A stretch of 64,000 nucleotides of DNA from a virus: the IMG/VR virus record IMGVR_UViG_3300042484_001840, positions 1 through 64,000 of that record, one strand, 5' to 3'. Positions 19,620 to 29,408 of the stretch are shown piece after piece (positions within the stretch are counted from its first letter, which is position 1; every line of letters starts with the position of its first letter). Below the pieces are notes generated by a model. The model saw nothing but the letters and a program-made list of their open reading frames with translations. It had not been told where the DNA came from and searched no databases. Position numbers and translations under genes: made by a program.

Positions 19620-21080
19620 TCAGTTTACTGATGCTGTGAGATTTGACTTAGTGACATCAACTTGAATCTGGTCACCAATGCTAGAAATACGAACTCCGAC
19701 TTTAGCCTTAACCAAGCCACCAGCCAATTGAGAAAGCGGGTTGATTGCGTCATTGACGACAACCGTGTATCCGTAGTCAATGCGACGACCAGTTGCATCA
19801 AATGCTTCGTACAAGCCACCAGCAATGCGGATTGGCTCTAACATTGAAATGAGGCGACCCTTAACGCGGGTAAATAGCGCCGAACGACCATCAATTGGCG
19901 AGAACACCAAGTCTTCCAAAACTGCCTCACATTTAGCAACAACGAAGTTGAGCATTTCACGAGCGTTCAAGAAACGATAGTTGTCCTCATCGGATGAAAG
20001 CGAACGAGCACCATACACGCGAACGCGACCATTGATGATTCGCAAAGTATTAACTCGCGACTCGTCAAGGGTGTTACTGACGGTCTTGGTGACCGTATCA
20101 TTAAGACCAGTCAACCAGCGTGATTCCGTAACAACACCAGCGTACGCTGCCCATGAACCAGTGCGGTTATGAGCAATTGAACGCTTAGCGGCTACGAATC
20201 CTTCTGGCGAAATGACGATTGCAGTTCCGTCTTCCTTAGTCGCCTTAACCCAAGGCCAAAACAATCCGCCGTATTCTGAATAGTCTTCAGAACCAAGAGT
20301 TTCAGCGTGATCGGCGGCCTGAGTTGCGGTGTAGTCTGACGGCGTTGACAAAACGGCAATACGGTGATTCTCGTAGCAGTGGTCAAGAATTTCAGTATGA
20401 ACTGTTGTGATATTTCCGCTAGTCACCAAACCTGGCATTGAAACAGCACCAGGACCAAAGTCGTAGCCAAAATCATCCAAAGCAGTGAACCATGTTGCAT
20501 CAATAACACCATTACGGTTGTCGTCTCCAGCAGAGAAAGCCGTTGCACTAGTGATATTGTCAAAAGTACCCGTACCGATAGTTGCCGTAATGTACTTAGA
20601 TGCTACGGCAGAGCCAGTAATCTTATTTACAAGGGCAGTAGCGGTAGCAACTTCTCCCGAATTATACACAAGGTCGCCCGAAAGATACAACTTGAGAGTC
20701 TTACCAGAACCAAGCGCAGTAAGCGTTGTGGTCAGGTTTGACGACCAGTCTCCTTGACCAACCGCGGTCAGCGTAAGGGCGGTACCAGAGGCGGTATTAG
20801 GGACTTGCAAAACGCCAGCGGTGGCTGATGCTCCAACGACACGCGAAACATAAACTTGTGCTCCGCCTTCTTCAAAGAAAGTCTGCACCTGTTGGTGAAC
20901 TTCTCCATATGAAACATAATCACCGAAGACTGATTCATAATCAGAAATACTGGTCACTAGTTTCGCTTCGTTAGAAGGACCACGCTCCGTGAATCCGACA
21001 ACAAACCACGAGGCAGTTTGCGACTGGTTGATTGTGCTCGGTCCTGTTCGGACTGATGTGTTGACTACGATTCCGGGCAT
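19620..21080 (-). CDS. contractile tail sheath protein
   Basis: VGFTERGP, FFEEGG..VYVSRV, RVYGARSL and YRFLNAR motifs. Start reassigned to MPGIVV behind GGAAGG. Confidence 0.92.
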   Translation of the reverse strand: MPGIVVNTSVRTGPSTINQSQTASWFVVGFTERGPSNEAKLVTSISDYESVFGDYVSYGEVHQQVQTFFEEGGAQVYVSRVVGASATAGVLQVPNTASGTALTLTAVGQGDWSSNLTTTLTALGSGKTLKLYLSGDLVYNSGEVATATALVNKITGSAVASKYITATIGTGTFDNITSATAFSAGDDNRNGVIDATWFTALDDFGYDFGPGAVSMPGLVTSGNITTVHTEILDHCYENHRIAVLSTPSDYTATQAADHAETLGSEDYSEYGGLFWPWVKATKEDGTAIVISPEGFVAAKRSIAHNRTGSWAAYAGVVTESRWLTGLNDTVTKTVSNTLDESRVNTLRIINGRVRVYGARSLSSDEDNYRFLNAREMLNFVVAKCEAVLEDLVFSPIDGRSALFTRVKGRLISMLEPIRIAGGLYEAFDATGRRIDYGYTVVVNDAINPLSQLAGGLVKAKVGVRISSIGDQIQVDVTKSNLTASVN

Positions 21081-21183
21081 CGTGCCTTCCTCCGCTCCCA
21101 TAACTTGGGACTAAGTTCATGACTTTATGAAGTATACCTGGTCTAGTGCCTATATTTTGAACAGGTGAAACTTACCTGTAACT

Positions 21184-21213
21184 ATTGTGACCGATTATTG
21201 CTATCCTCTAGTG
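21184..21213 (-). promoter_or_regulatory. CACTAG-N18-CACAAT candidate promoter for the sheath operon
   Basis: Intergenic, with the same spacing as the copies at 35240, 56005 and 19093. Confidence 0.5.
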
Positions 21214-21222
21214 GAACAACTG

Positions 21223-21825
21223 TTATATATTGTCAAAAGTTTCTTCAATAGCGACATTTACTACTTCTGGCTCTATGCTTGTTGCGCTTGGTGCAATAAC
21301 TGGGACGCGACTAGTTTCCACAATTGTCACTGTGTATCCAAGATAAGCACCAGCCATAACCCGCTCGCCTTTTATGAGCGTCAGTTCAGAATATTCCTCA
21401 CGAATACTTGATTCGTCAATCATTACTTCTAAACCTTCTGTATCCCCACATTGGTTAAGTGATGGACCATCAAGGATGGCAGAGCGCAATACTGTTGTAA
21501 GTCGGTCTCTTTTTAGTGTGGCAAGGTCGCTTTGGTCATCTTTTACCCAGATATATGTGCGCATTGTGTAGTTAACACTAAATCTTGGATCAAATAGGCG
21601 CGTATAGTCGGTTCTTTCCAAGCCATCCATTGAAATCGCTACAGTAATCAAAGTTGGCCAAGCATCAATTGCTACGGGTTCATAGGCTAGATACTTTTTA
21701 GGCTCAGGAAGTTCCTCATCATCCAAGTTCCAAGCATTGCGATATTTAACAAGCCTGTCTGGTAGATCAGATTCTAGATATAAATTGACAAATTCTTTTG
21801 CCTTATGGGGTCCCTGCATTGTCAT
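21223..21825 (-). CDS. tail terminator/completion protein
   Basis: 200 aa, between neck and sheath genes. Confidence 0.55.
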   Translation of the reverse strand: MTMQGPHKAKEFVNLYLESDLPDRLVKYRNAWNLDDEELPEPKKYLAYEPVAIDAWPTLITVAISMDGLERTDYTRLFDPRFSVNYTMRTYIWVKDDQSDLATLKRDRLTTVLRSAILDGPSLNQCGDTEGLEVMIDESSIREEYSELTLIKGERVMAGAYLGYTVTIVETSRVPVIAPSATSIEPEVVNVAIEETFDNI

Positions 21826-22268
21826 TAGAGCGTCCCATTAACAATATAGTTAGCGGCTTTTCGTGATAAATCTTCGCTAAATCCTCGTGGTTCAAAGATA
21901 ATTTTTCGTGCTGGCATCTTTGTTGTCCCATATTGATGAAACTTTGCATATTCAACATTTGTACCAAAATTTGCAAATGTTGGGGTAATAACATTAGGAG
22001 GACCAAATAATGATGTCAAAGAACGCATCAATTTACCAGTAGGACCTGCTAATGGCGGGTGGGTATACGATTTATTATCACGACGCGGTGCCCAGCCACC
22101 CACTGGCAAACCGCCAGTGGCAAAGTTTTCCGCATTTGCTAATTCAAGCATTTTCCTTGCATACATGAAAAGGGGCGTAAAATTCTTTGAACGCAATTTC
22201 ATGGTATTGAGGCGCAAAAGTGCTTCCTTTATATCAACATCAATATCAATATCAACACCAAGGCTCAT
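21825..22268 (-). CDS. virion morphogenesis/neck protein (Mu gpG-like)
   Basis: TGKLMRSL...FGTNVEYAKFHQYGT..MPARKI motif; ATG 22268 forms an ATGA overlap. Confidence 0.85.
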   Translation of the reverse strand: MSLGVDIDIDVDIKEALLRLNTMKLRSKNFTPLFMYARKMLELANAENFATGGLPVGGWAPRRDNKSYTHPPLAGPTGKLMRSLTSLFGPPNVITPTFANFGTNVEYAKFHQYGTTKMPARKIIFEPRGFSEDLSRKAANYIVNGTL

Positions 22269-22894
22269 GATACGCGCACTCTCTTCCATTTCTTAACAGA
22301 ACGAAGTTCTTCCTCAGAAAAACCAGTAGTTAGAGGTGCGGTGTTTCTAGTCTCAAGATCCTTGATGCCAACAACATCATCGTGCATGTTTTGCATTTCA
22401 CGAGATGCTGCTCGTAAAATTAAGAGTCTAAAGATTTTAATTTCGGAACCTGCCAACCCAGCGGAATACTCAATTTCAATGGAATCGTTGGCGAAGGTTC
22501 GGTAAATATCTACGCCATATCGCCTTACGACATAATCAGTGCCTTCTACCAGAACCTCAGGGACACTCCCTGGTGTGGGCGATGTGACGGTAATTGTCTC
22601 AACAGAAGAGATTGGCGAATTCCGCACATAAAGGGTGTACGGGGGGTGAAACCATGTCATTGGGCGTTCGGTGGTGTCAAGGCTGACATCGTAAAAGAAA
22701 GACGATGTGGGTACGCCAACGCTATTTGACTCAACGACATATGTTTCCGTCAGCGTCAAAACCTCAATAGTACGGCGAAGCCATGCTTCTAATTCGCTTT
22801 GGAGACCTTCAAGGACATATTCGGCAGCGTGAAGTTGCCTGTTACTGAATTTAATGTCCATGTAACGCTCTAATTCAACAATACTGACAAGCAT
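22265..22894 (-). CDS. head-tail adaptor
   Basis: LVSIVELERYM start, PISSVETI and IEIEYSAG motifs; position fits. Confidence 0.75.
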   Translation of the reverse strand: MLVSIVELERYMDIKFSNRQLHAAEYVLEGLQSELEAWLRRTIEVLTLTETYVVESNSVGVPTSSFFYDVSLDTTERPMTWFHPPYTLYVRNSPISSVETITVTSPTPGSVPEVLVEGTDYVVRRYGVDIYRTFANDSIEIEYSAGLAGSEIKIFRLLILRAASREMQNMHDDVVGIKDLETRNTAPLTTGFSEEELRSVKKWKRVRVS

Positions 22895-22937
22895 TCTGCA
22901 CCTTCCTTACGGACAAGTTTACTATTTAATGCTCGGC

Positions 22938-24020
22938 TTAGAGGTATGACTCTAAAATGTCATCCCAATTTTTAGCCATAACTTTGACATTTAATGCCTC
23001 AACTAATTTTCTATTCTTTTTGGCTTCTTCAGCACGAGCGTTTAAGTTGCTCATTTCTGTCAGGTAATTAACCCAATCATCCTTACTAGAGGCAAGAAAT
23101 CCAATTCCGTACTCATCATGCAAACGGCGGTATTCGGAAAGGTCGGACATCACTACAGGGATATTTGACGCAGAGTATTCAATTGCTTTAATCCACGACT
23201 TGGCATGATTGAAGGGAACATCGTTGAGGGGAGCAATACCACAGTCAAAGTCAAAAGATAACCGAGCATAATTTTTAGGATGGTGCATCGGAGTCATAGT
23301 TACAAATTTACGATCAACCCCAACTTTATCTGCAAAATAGTCAACAGATGAATTATGCCCAGAGTGGTGCAATCTCCATAGTGGATTCTTTAGTACCCCG
23401 TCTAAAATCTCAAGGTCTCCAGAACGATGCGAAGTTGACCCAACCCATCCAACTTTCATTTTTTTGGGACGGTGATAACGCTGACGAAAATCCGTTATTG
23501 TCACGCAATTTTCAATAAGGTGCACATTTTCGCAACCAAATTCAGTTTTAACCTTTTCAGCAATATATGGCGTACTGACAGTTACGGCATTCCCCAGTTG
23601 AATAATTTGTTTGTAAAAGTCAATATTTTCTGTTTTATTGAAATCTGGATGAGTTAATTCATATGCCTGATTATTTTCGTGAAGTTCCCAATACCAGTCA
23701 TCAATGTCGTTAATAAAGATTTGATTTTTGTTTGGATTATTGGCGATTTTATCTGCAAGATTCTTAAACATGAGCCGTTGCAAGACGATGATTTCGCAAT
23801 CATAATGAGAGGTCCCACTCCAATCTCCAATGCCAAATCCTTTTTGCGGATGATGAACTAAAAGACCAGTAACTGACCTATATTTAAGGTGTTTTCGGTT
23901 TTGTTGAATCCGAACCCAATTTGCGCCACCAGGAACAGGATGACCAGCATCGTCATGCATTGAACGAGACCAATCGGTTGAAGCAAAACCAACCTTAATT
24001 ATTCTTTTAGTATGAGCCAT
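22938..24020 (-). CDS. GT-B glycosyltransferase
   Basis: IIVLQR, DIDD, AVTVST, VGWVGSTSH and GIAPL..FNHAKSWIKAIEYSA.IPVV.S motifs. Confidence 0.85.
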   Translation of the reverse strand: MAHTKRIIKVGFASTDWSRSMHDDAGHPVPGGANWVRIQQNRKHLKYRSVTGLLVHHPQKGFGIGDWSGTSHYDCEIIVLQRLMFKNLADKIANNPNKNQIFINDIDDWYWELHENNQAYELTHPDFNKTENIDFYKQIIQLGNAVTVSTPYIAEKVKTEFGCENVHLIENCVTITDFRQRYHRPKKMKVGWVGSTSHRSGDLEILDGVLKNPLWRLHHSGHNSSVDYFADKVGVDRKFVTMTPMHHPKNYARLSFDFDCGIAPLNDVPFNHAKSWIKAIEYSASNIPVVMSDLSEYRRLHDEYGIGFLASSKDDWVNYLTEMSNLNARAEEAKKNRKLVEALNVKVMAKNWDDILESYL

Positions 24021-24071
24021 TCTTCCCTCGTTTTATAATATAGGGGGAATCCTAGCACGCAATTTTATGGA

Positions 24072-24254
24072 TCAGCGTCCTCCGCGGAACCTATCTGGGA
24101 TTAAGTCTCGTCCAGCACCATCGGGGTTGCCAGCGCCGCCAAGACGACGATTTAAGCCTCTTAAAAGGAATGCAAGAGCACGCCGCCACCACGCAGGGCG
24201 ACGACCTTCGCGCTCGTCTGGTTCAGTATCTGGGGTACCACCGGGTATAGGCAT
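24072..24254 (-). CDS. small Arg-rich peptide
   Basis: 60 aa with an AGGAG RBS and an upstream CAGTAG-N18-TAAAAT. Confidence 0.55.
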   Translation of the reverse strand: MPIPGGTPDTEPDEREGRRPAWWRRALAFLLRGLNRRLGGAGNPDGAGRDLIPDRFRGGR

Positions 24255-24276
24255 ATTTTCTCCTAATCTCTAAAAG

Positions 24277-24306
24277 ATTTTAGCACAATATAATAACGCG
24301 CTACTG
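24277..24306 (-). promoter_or_regulatory. CAGTAG-N18-TAAAAT candidate promoter
   Basis: One-mismatch variant with identical spacing and an extended TG. Confidence 0.5.
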
Positions 24307-24307
24307 A

Positions 24308-24898
24308 TTACCCATCGGCGTTCGGCGGACGCTCAATAATAAGGGCATCGTCTTTTGCTGACGATGGGGCTTCAATTGGCACCCACGCTGACGAATACTT
24401 ATGGGCTGAGATATTTTTATCTTTTAACATGGTTCCGTCAACCATTAGGTCAATTTCGTCCATGTGCATGACCAACATACGCTTTATATCGTTTTCGCTA
24501 TATTTACGAGACCGTAGAACTTGCTGGATAATTCTTGATAATTTCTTTGCAACGACCTCACCTCTGCTTCGGTTGAGGCGTACATGAAGAATCATAGCCT
24601 CAATTTCATCACATTCAACAAAAATAACTGGGACAGTATTATCTGTAATTTTTAATAGTTTTTGTAAACTGCAACTAATTTGCCACCTGTGAGATCCATC
24701 AATAATCATATTGGTGTTTTTCTGCACAACAAGGGGCTGAAGCCATCCGTAGTCTTCTAAAGACCTAGCCAAGACCTGCAAATCTGGCTTCAAGATATAA
24801 GTGGTTCTCCATGAGGCAAGATTTAATGCAGAAGCATCAACCCATTCCATTTGCCCATTTCCTAGCATTCCAGATTTTCCTTTTCCAAAAATTCCCAT
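24308..24898 (-). CDS. ParB/Srx-like protein (IbrB-like)
   Basis: SLEDYGWLQPLVV..IIDGSHRW...LNRSRG motif. Confidence 0.85.
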   Translation of the reverse strand: MGIFGKGKSGMLGNGQMEWVDASALNLASWRTTYILKPDLQVLARSLEDYGWLQPLVVQKNTNMIIDGSHRWQISCSLQKLLKITDNTVPVIFVECDEIEAMILHVRLNRSRGEVVAKKLSRIIQQVLRSRKYSENDIKRMLVMHMDEIDLMVDGTMLKDKNISAHKYSSAWVPIEAPSSAKDDALIIERPPNADG

Positions 24899-24906
24899 GA
24901 TTTCCC

Positions 24907-26070
24907 CTATCGTGAATCGTCTTGATAATCAAGTGCGTCTAATTCAGCCATTTCCTGTGCCTCTGCCAATCGCATAGTATGCGCTCTGGTTTTTGGTCCA
25001 ATTGGATTTACTGAACTAATGTTAAATTCGTTAATTAATAAATTTCTAATCAACCAGTGAACTGGATATGAATAAGGGTCTTTGCGATGTTTTTTCCTAA
25101 ACTCGGATGCAAATGCCATTGCTCGCTGTTTTAACCCTGGTGTAATTATATTGTCATCAATGCACAATTGCACGCCTTTCCATCCTCTAAGGGCATACAT
25201 TTGAATCATGAGTTCAAGGTCAAACTGAGACCACAATCGTCTTTGTGCGTCAATGTGCGGAAAACACTCCACTAATCTGTCGTAAAATTCTGGCTCTGTT
25301 CTGACTACATCTTTAATACGGCGAATAGCAACTGAGTGCAATGGAATACCAATACGACTATTTGAGCCAGATAGAGCAGCGTGGTCATAGTATTCACAAT
25401 ACGAAGCGTTATGTTCTTCTGAAATAAATTTAAACACATCACTTGCTGTCCAGTCATAAATGACCTTAGCAAAACGCAAGGGGATTGATTTTTTCATTTT
25501 GAAAGGAATGTTGATGTAATTTTCGTTTAACTTCTGAACACACGCTCTATATCTGACCATTGACTCGTTGGCTCGTACGCCAGTCAAGAACGCAACACTT
25601 CCAGACTTTCCTTGCATTGTGTAATAGTCAATTGACTCTGGAAGGATTTGATCTCTCGTAAGTCCAAAATGCTCAGCAGTAATTGCCCATGGTGGGATAT
25701 CGCGGTAAAGGCGACCTTCTCGTTCCCGCTTAGCGGACCAAAGTAGGCAAAACTCTCGCCTGCCCAAAACCCAAACTTCTTGACCCATTGGCATGCAGTA
25801 CCACTCCATGTCAACCCAGTCATAGTTGCGTACTTCTTCAATGTATTTAATAGTAAGAGGAGAAACCATCTCTTCATCTCGGAAGATAACTTTTACTGGT
25901 CCAAGCCCGCGTTCTTCGTGGATTTCTTTAGCAAGATACAAAACAGCAGTTGAGTCTTTTCCTCCAGAGAATTGAACGCATACCGTGTCAAAAGTGTCGT
26001 AGACATGGCGAATTCTTTCGCGAGCAGCCTCAACACAATTAATATCTAAAAACATTCTTTGCCTAGTCAT
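24907..26070 (-). CDS. PAPS-reductase-like PP-loop protein (IbrA-like)
   Basis: EAARERI..FSGGKDST..FRDEE, GVRANES..R and IYDW motifs. Confidence 0.85.
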   Translation of the reverse strand: MTRQRMFLDINCVEAARERIRHVYDTFDTVCVQFSGGKDSTAVLYLAKEIHEERGLGPVKVIFRDEEMVSPLTIKYIEEVRNYDWVDMEWYCMPMGQEVWVLGRREFCLLWSAKREREGRLYRDIPPWAITAEHFGLTRDQILPESIDYYTMQGKSGSVAFLTGVRANESMVRYRACVQKLNENYINIPFKMKKSIPLRFAKVIYDWTASDVFKFISEEHNASYCEYYDHAALSGSNSRIGIPLHSVAIRRIKDVVRTEPEFYDRLVECFPHIDAQRRLWSQFDLELMIQMYALRGWKGVQLCIDDNIITPGLKQRAMAFASEFRKKHRKDPYSYPVHWLIRNLLINEFNISSVNPIGPKTRAHTMRLAEAQEMAELDALDYQDDSR

Positions 26071-26078
26071 AGTTTTCC

Positions 26079-26855
26079 TTAGCGATAGTCTGCGTGAGCG
26101 TCTAAAAAGTTAATTAATTTTTCAGCGATTGTGTCTCCGTCAGTGGAAACATCGCTTCTAAGCCACTTGACAAATGCATACCAGTGGCTTTGTTGTTCTG
26201 CGTTATCAAAAACAATCGTGTATTGAACTACTGCGTTTCTAGTACCTTGAGCACCAATACTCGTACTTCCAGAAGCGGCGACTTTCCTATTGTCAATTGC
26301 TTCCGATGGGACGAGTCTTGAACCTTCAGTAGTGTGTTCTACGCCGTACTTTGGTGAATTCTGTGATGGATCTATTAAAACTGGAGCGGTGTAACCAATA
26401 GTGCTTTCTTGAGTTCGCTCAATCCTATTAATTTGTTCATTGATTGATGCCATCTCAAACATATCCCAACCCAAATCCTCAAGTAGTTCAGGGTATGTGT
26501 CATCAATGTCCCCAAGTAATGACTTCAGGATAGATGGGTCCGTATATCCAAGTTCGTTTGTCCTGTTGTCCGCAAGAGCGAAAGCAATAGCACGAGTATC
26601 ATCTGCCTCGTATTGAACAGCGGCAATATGCGTCCAACCTAGTTTTTTGGCTGCTTGAAACTGGTGATTACCTGCGATAACAGTCATTGTGCCATCTTCA
26701 TTTGGGCGAACAACAATTGGTTTGAGTTGTCCAAATTCCTTATAGGAAGCAATGATTGCATCCAAGTTTCCCTTGCGAGGGTTATTTGGCAAGGGAATTA
26801 GTTTTTCTATGTCAACTAGCAAATTAGTTAGTGATGTATCAACTTGATAATCCAT
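26079..26855 (-). CDS. ParB-like N-terminal domain protein
   Basis: NNPRKG..FGQLKPIVV..IAGNH..ALADNRT motif. Confidence 0.85.
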   Translation of the reverse strand: MDYQVDTSLTNLLVDIEKLIPLPNNPRKGNLDAIIASYKEFGQLKPIVVRPNEDGTMTVIAGNHQFQAAKKLGWTHIAAVQYEADDTRAIAFALADNRTNELGYTDPSILKSLLGDIDDTYPELLEDLGWDMFEMASINEQINRIERTQESTIGYTAPVLIDPSQNSPKYGVEHTTEGSRLVPSEAIDNRKVAASGSTSIGAQGTRNAVVQYTIVFDNAEQQSHWYAFVKWLRSDVSTDGDTIAEKLINFLDAHADYR

Positions 26856-26869
26856 AATTTCTCCTTGGG

Positions 26870-27214
26870 TTACGGCATTGTTTGAGCGCGAACATTGGCA
26901 GCAAGCGTTCTTAGTGCGTCAATACTAGTACGAAGCGAATGAAGGCGTTCTCGTTTACTTTTGACCAATGCTTCACTAATTTTGTATTGCATTATTAAAT
27001 CCTGCAATTTATAATCAGCCCATGCTTCGCGCTCTTTAATTGACCCTTTTGCGCCAAGGTATTCCTTAGCCCATGAAGATTTCATATTTGCGTCTTTAAT
27101 GGCAGCGTCTTGAGCCAAGGTTTCAAAATTTTCTGTTTCATTTTCTAGTAAGCCAGTTAGCCGAAGAATTTCTTCTTCTACTTCAATCTGACTAATTGGT
27201 CGGTTTCTGTTCAA
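26870..27214 (-). CDS. coiled-coil protein, possibly a UvsY-like recombination mediator
   Basis: 114 aa, all-helical, with KEREAWA; next to the RuvC-like gene. Confidence 0.45.
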   Translation of the reverse strand: MNRNRPISQIEVEEEILRLTGLLENETENFETLAQDAAIKDANMKSSWAKEYLGAKGSIKEREAWADYKLQDLIMQYKISEALVKSKRERLHSLRTSIDALRTLAANVRAQTMP

Positions 27215-27731
27215 TTGTGCCTCCTATAGTAGACCAGTCAATTTTTTGTAGACTGTCAATATTTTCTTTTCCCCATTGGTATCTAGGCTTACCGAGGACA
27301 TATAAGCCCATTTCTTGCAAAATCCAAGCGTCACACATATCGTCTGACCCCTTACCAGCCCAAACAATTCCAGTCTTGGCGGATATTGATGAGACTACTT
27401 CATTTTTTGATGCATTACCACGCCCTGTAGCGAATTTTGCTCTACAAGTAGGGGGAACGACAGCAAAAGGTATTTGTAAATTATGTAGGCAAAGCCTAAT
27501 TACTCCACCTAGTTCTCCAATAGAAAACGCTTGCCCGCTACGGCTAGCAAAAGAGTATCCCTCAAGAACAACTACAGGGTTTTGTATTTCTTGTAGCAGT
27601 TTAGTGAATTCGTTTACTATATCAGCAAGGCGATCAGTATCTTTTGATTTGACTGAAATAGTTCCTTGATTATTGTCGTATGCCCACCCCGTAGATGTGA
27701 GTGACAAGTCCAACCCGACAACAGTTTTCAT
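27192..27731 (-). CDS. RuvC-like Holliday junction resolvase
   Basis: GLDLSLTSTG, VVLEGY, KFATGRGNASK and DDMCDA catalytic motifs. Confidence 0.88.
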   Translation of the reverse strand: MKTVVGLDLSLTSTGWAYDNNQGTISVKSKDTDRLADIVNEFTKLLQEIQNPVVVLEGYSFASRSGQAFSIGELGGVIRLCLHNLQIPFAVVPPTCRAKFATGRGNASKNEVVSSISAKTGIVWAGKGSDDMCDAWILQEMGLYVLGKPRYQWGKENIDSLQKIDWSTIGGTIEQKPTN

Positions 27732-27793
27732 ATTTTTACATTAGTCGGTTGTCATTTTTTTTAGGGGAGATAAACTGGCGACACGGAGGCATA

Positions 27794-28141
27794 ATGACAC
27801 TAAGTAACGAAGCAAGAAGAGAACGAAGCAAGCAGGCGCAAGCAAACCGCATGGGTTATAGAAACCTGCCAGTTATATATGGTTCAAAGACTCATACAGT
27901 TCTTGAATTTGCTAAATTTTTTAACCGACCTGTTACAAATAGGGAAATTTTTGATTTTTCTTCACGGTTCAAAGAAATTAGAGAAGTAACAGATGGATTT
28001 AACGACCTCAGAGTAAGAGGATTGGCAGTAAGAGTTGGGGACAAGCATCAAATCACAAAACTTGGTATTGATGTCTTATACCTATGCGCAAGAATACATG
28101 TAGAAAAATCATCCTCTTATACAAGAAGCGTCAAATACTAA
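27794..28141 (+). CDS. winged-helix DNA-binding protein
   Basis: ATG 27794 after GGAGG. LRVRGLAVR...HQITKLGIDVL is a wHTH wing pattern. Confidence 0.55.
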   Translation: MTLSNEARRERSKQAQANRMGYRNLPVIYGSKTHTVLEFAKFFNRPVTNREIFDFSSRFKEIREVTDGFNDLRVRGLAVRVGDKHQITKLGIDVLYLCARIHVEKSSSYTRSVKY

Positions 28142-28170
28142 CTAGAGGCTAAAAAACTATTTGCTATAAT
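28140..28170 (+). promoter_or_regulatory. AACTAG-N19-TATAAT candidate promoter
   Basis: Extended -10 (TGCTATAAT) upstream of the 116-aa gene. Confidence 0.5.
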
Positions 28171-28204
28171 TTACTTGTCCGTCTAACGCAACAAAGGAAA
28201 AAAA

Positions 28205-28555
28205 ATGGCAACAGGAGTTTTAGCCCCATCAACAATCACCATGACAATCCCGGGTAGCCTAACCACTTCAAGTATTGTTACAATGGCAATGCCTTTTAAT
28301 GGTCAAATTACTGGCGCTTATGTTGCAGTCACGACTGCACCCACCACTTCGGCGCTTACCGCTGACCTCAAGGTTGGTTCTGCCGTTGCCGCTGCTTTCT
28401 CAATTGCCGCTGCAGGAACTTCGGATGAAGGTACTTTGACTGCGGCAAATGTCAAGTTTGACAAGGGTGCCCTTATTAGCCTTGATGTTTCGGCAGTCGG
28501 TTCAGGTACCCCTGGCTCAAACATGACGGTTGCATTCACAGTTATTGAAGGCTGA
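28205..28555 (+). CDS. small beta-sandwich structural protein (possible capsid decoration)
   Basis: TAPT...D....G..ISLDVSAVGSGTPGSNMTV pattern; AAGGA RBS; codon style resembles the capsid gene. Confidence 0.55.
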   Translation: MATGVLAPSTITMTIPGSLTTSSIVTMAMPFNGQITGAYVAVTTAPTTSALTADLKVGSAVAAAFSIAAAGTSDEGTLTAANVKFDKGALISLDVSAVGSGTPGSNMTVAFTVIEG

Positions 28556-28559
28556 TAAA

Positions 28560-28877
28560 TCAGTCCCAAGAATGTTTGGCTAAACCGAGGTCAAATGCTA
28601 ATTGGGGATTATTCCCAATTCGTGTGTGACATTCACGGCATACTGCCATCAAATTGGATTCGTCAAGGATAGACCCACCTTGAGAGCGTCGGACTAGTTC
28701 GTGGATGTCTCTACTAGGGCGACGAATATAAACCATAAGATTGTCATGTTCTGCAAAGACTGGACATGCTTCACACCAACGCCGTTCCTCTAGTAATTTT
28801 TTTACTAGAGGAACTCGTTGTTTATATAGTTCTTCAGTTTTTTTAGAACGCTTTTTTATTGGCTTTCGGGGTTTCAT
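28560..28877 (-). CDS. HNH endonuclease
   Basis: CEAC...DIHE..RRSQGG....NLMAVCRECH motif. Confidence 0.8.
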   Translation of the reverse strand: MKPRKPIKKRSKKTEELYKQRVPLVKKLLEERRWCEACPVFAEHDNLMVYIRRPSRDIHELVRRSQGGSILDESNLMAVCRECHTRIGNNPQLAFDLGLAKHSWD

Positions 28878-28886
28878 GACTTAATT

Positions 28887-29396
28887 TTAGTCAGCAATAA
28901 CATCTTCAGCCCTGATTGTATTAAATGTCCAATTACCTTCAAGCGATGCCCATAAAGCCTCATCAATTGAAGTGGGTTCAATGTCGTATAATTCAATAAG
29001 TGCTTTGTGTTTTTTGATAGCGTTTTCATAAAGCATTACATTTTGACTGGGGTCGTTTTGAATTGTCCCAGTCTTAATCATTAATTCAACTTCATCAAGC
29101 CTTCGCTCAACATGAAATTTGAATCTTTCAATTCTGCTGGAGCGAGCAGAATAAGCAGACATTGCTTCTGCTAGTAATTTTGCACCATCAGCACCGAGTG
29201 CTTCGTATCTCTTTTTATCAGACTCAGAATCAAAATAAATCGTATCCAATTGTTCAGATAAACTGACACTCAAACTAATTAAAGAGCGTTTCCAACGATC
29301 CCAATTTTCTTTTTCTGTAAGAATGCCTCTTTGTGATTTAGAAACTTTATTTTTTACTTCTTCTGCCACAAGACGCGCAAATGCATCATCGTTCAT
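28887..29396 (-). CDS. hypothetical helical protein
   Basis: 169 aa with an RBS; in the operon. Confidence 0.6.
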   Translation of the reverse strand: MNDDAFARLVAEEVKNKVSKSQRGILTEKENWDRWKRSLISLSVSLSEQLDTIYFDSESDKKRYEALGADGAKLLAEAMSAYSARSSRIERFKFHVERRLDEVELMIKTGTIQNDPSQNVMLYENAIKKHKALIELYDIEPTSIDEALWASLEGNWTFNTIRAEDVIAD

Positions 29397-29408
29397 AACT
29401 TCCCTTAT

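Noticed and set aside
7130-22894. Stand-alone contractile injection system or tailocin
   Set aside because: Capsid, portal, protease and terminase are present, so this is a phage.
24907-26070. cysH sulfur-assimilation auxiliary gene
   Set aside because: Length, motifs and ParB partners fit the IbrA-like clade; no other sulfur genes are present.
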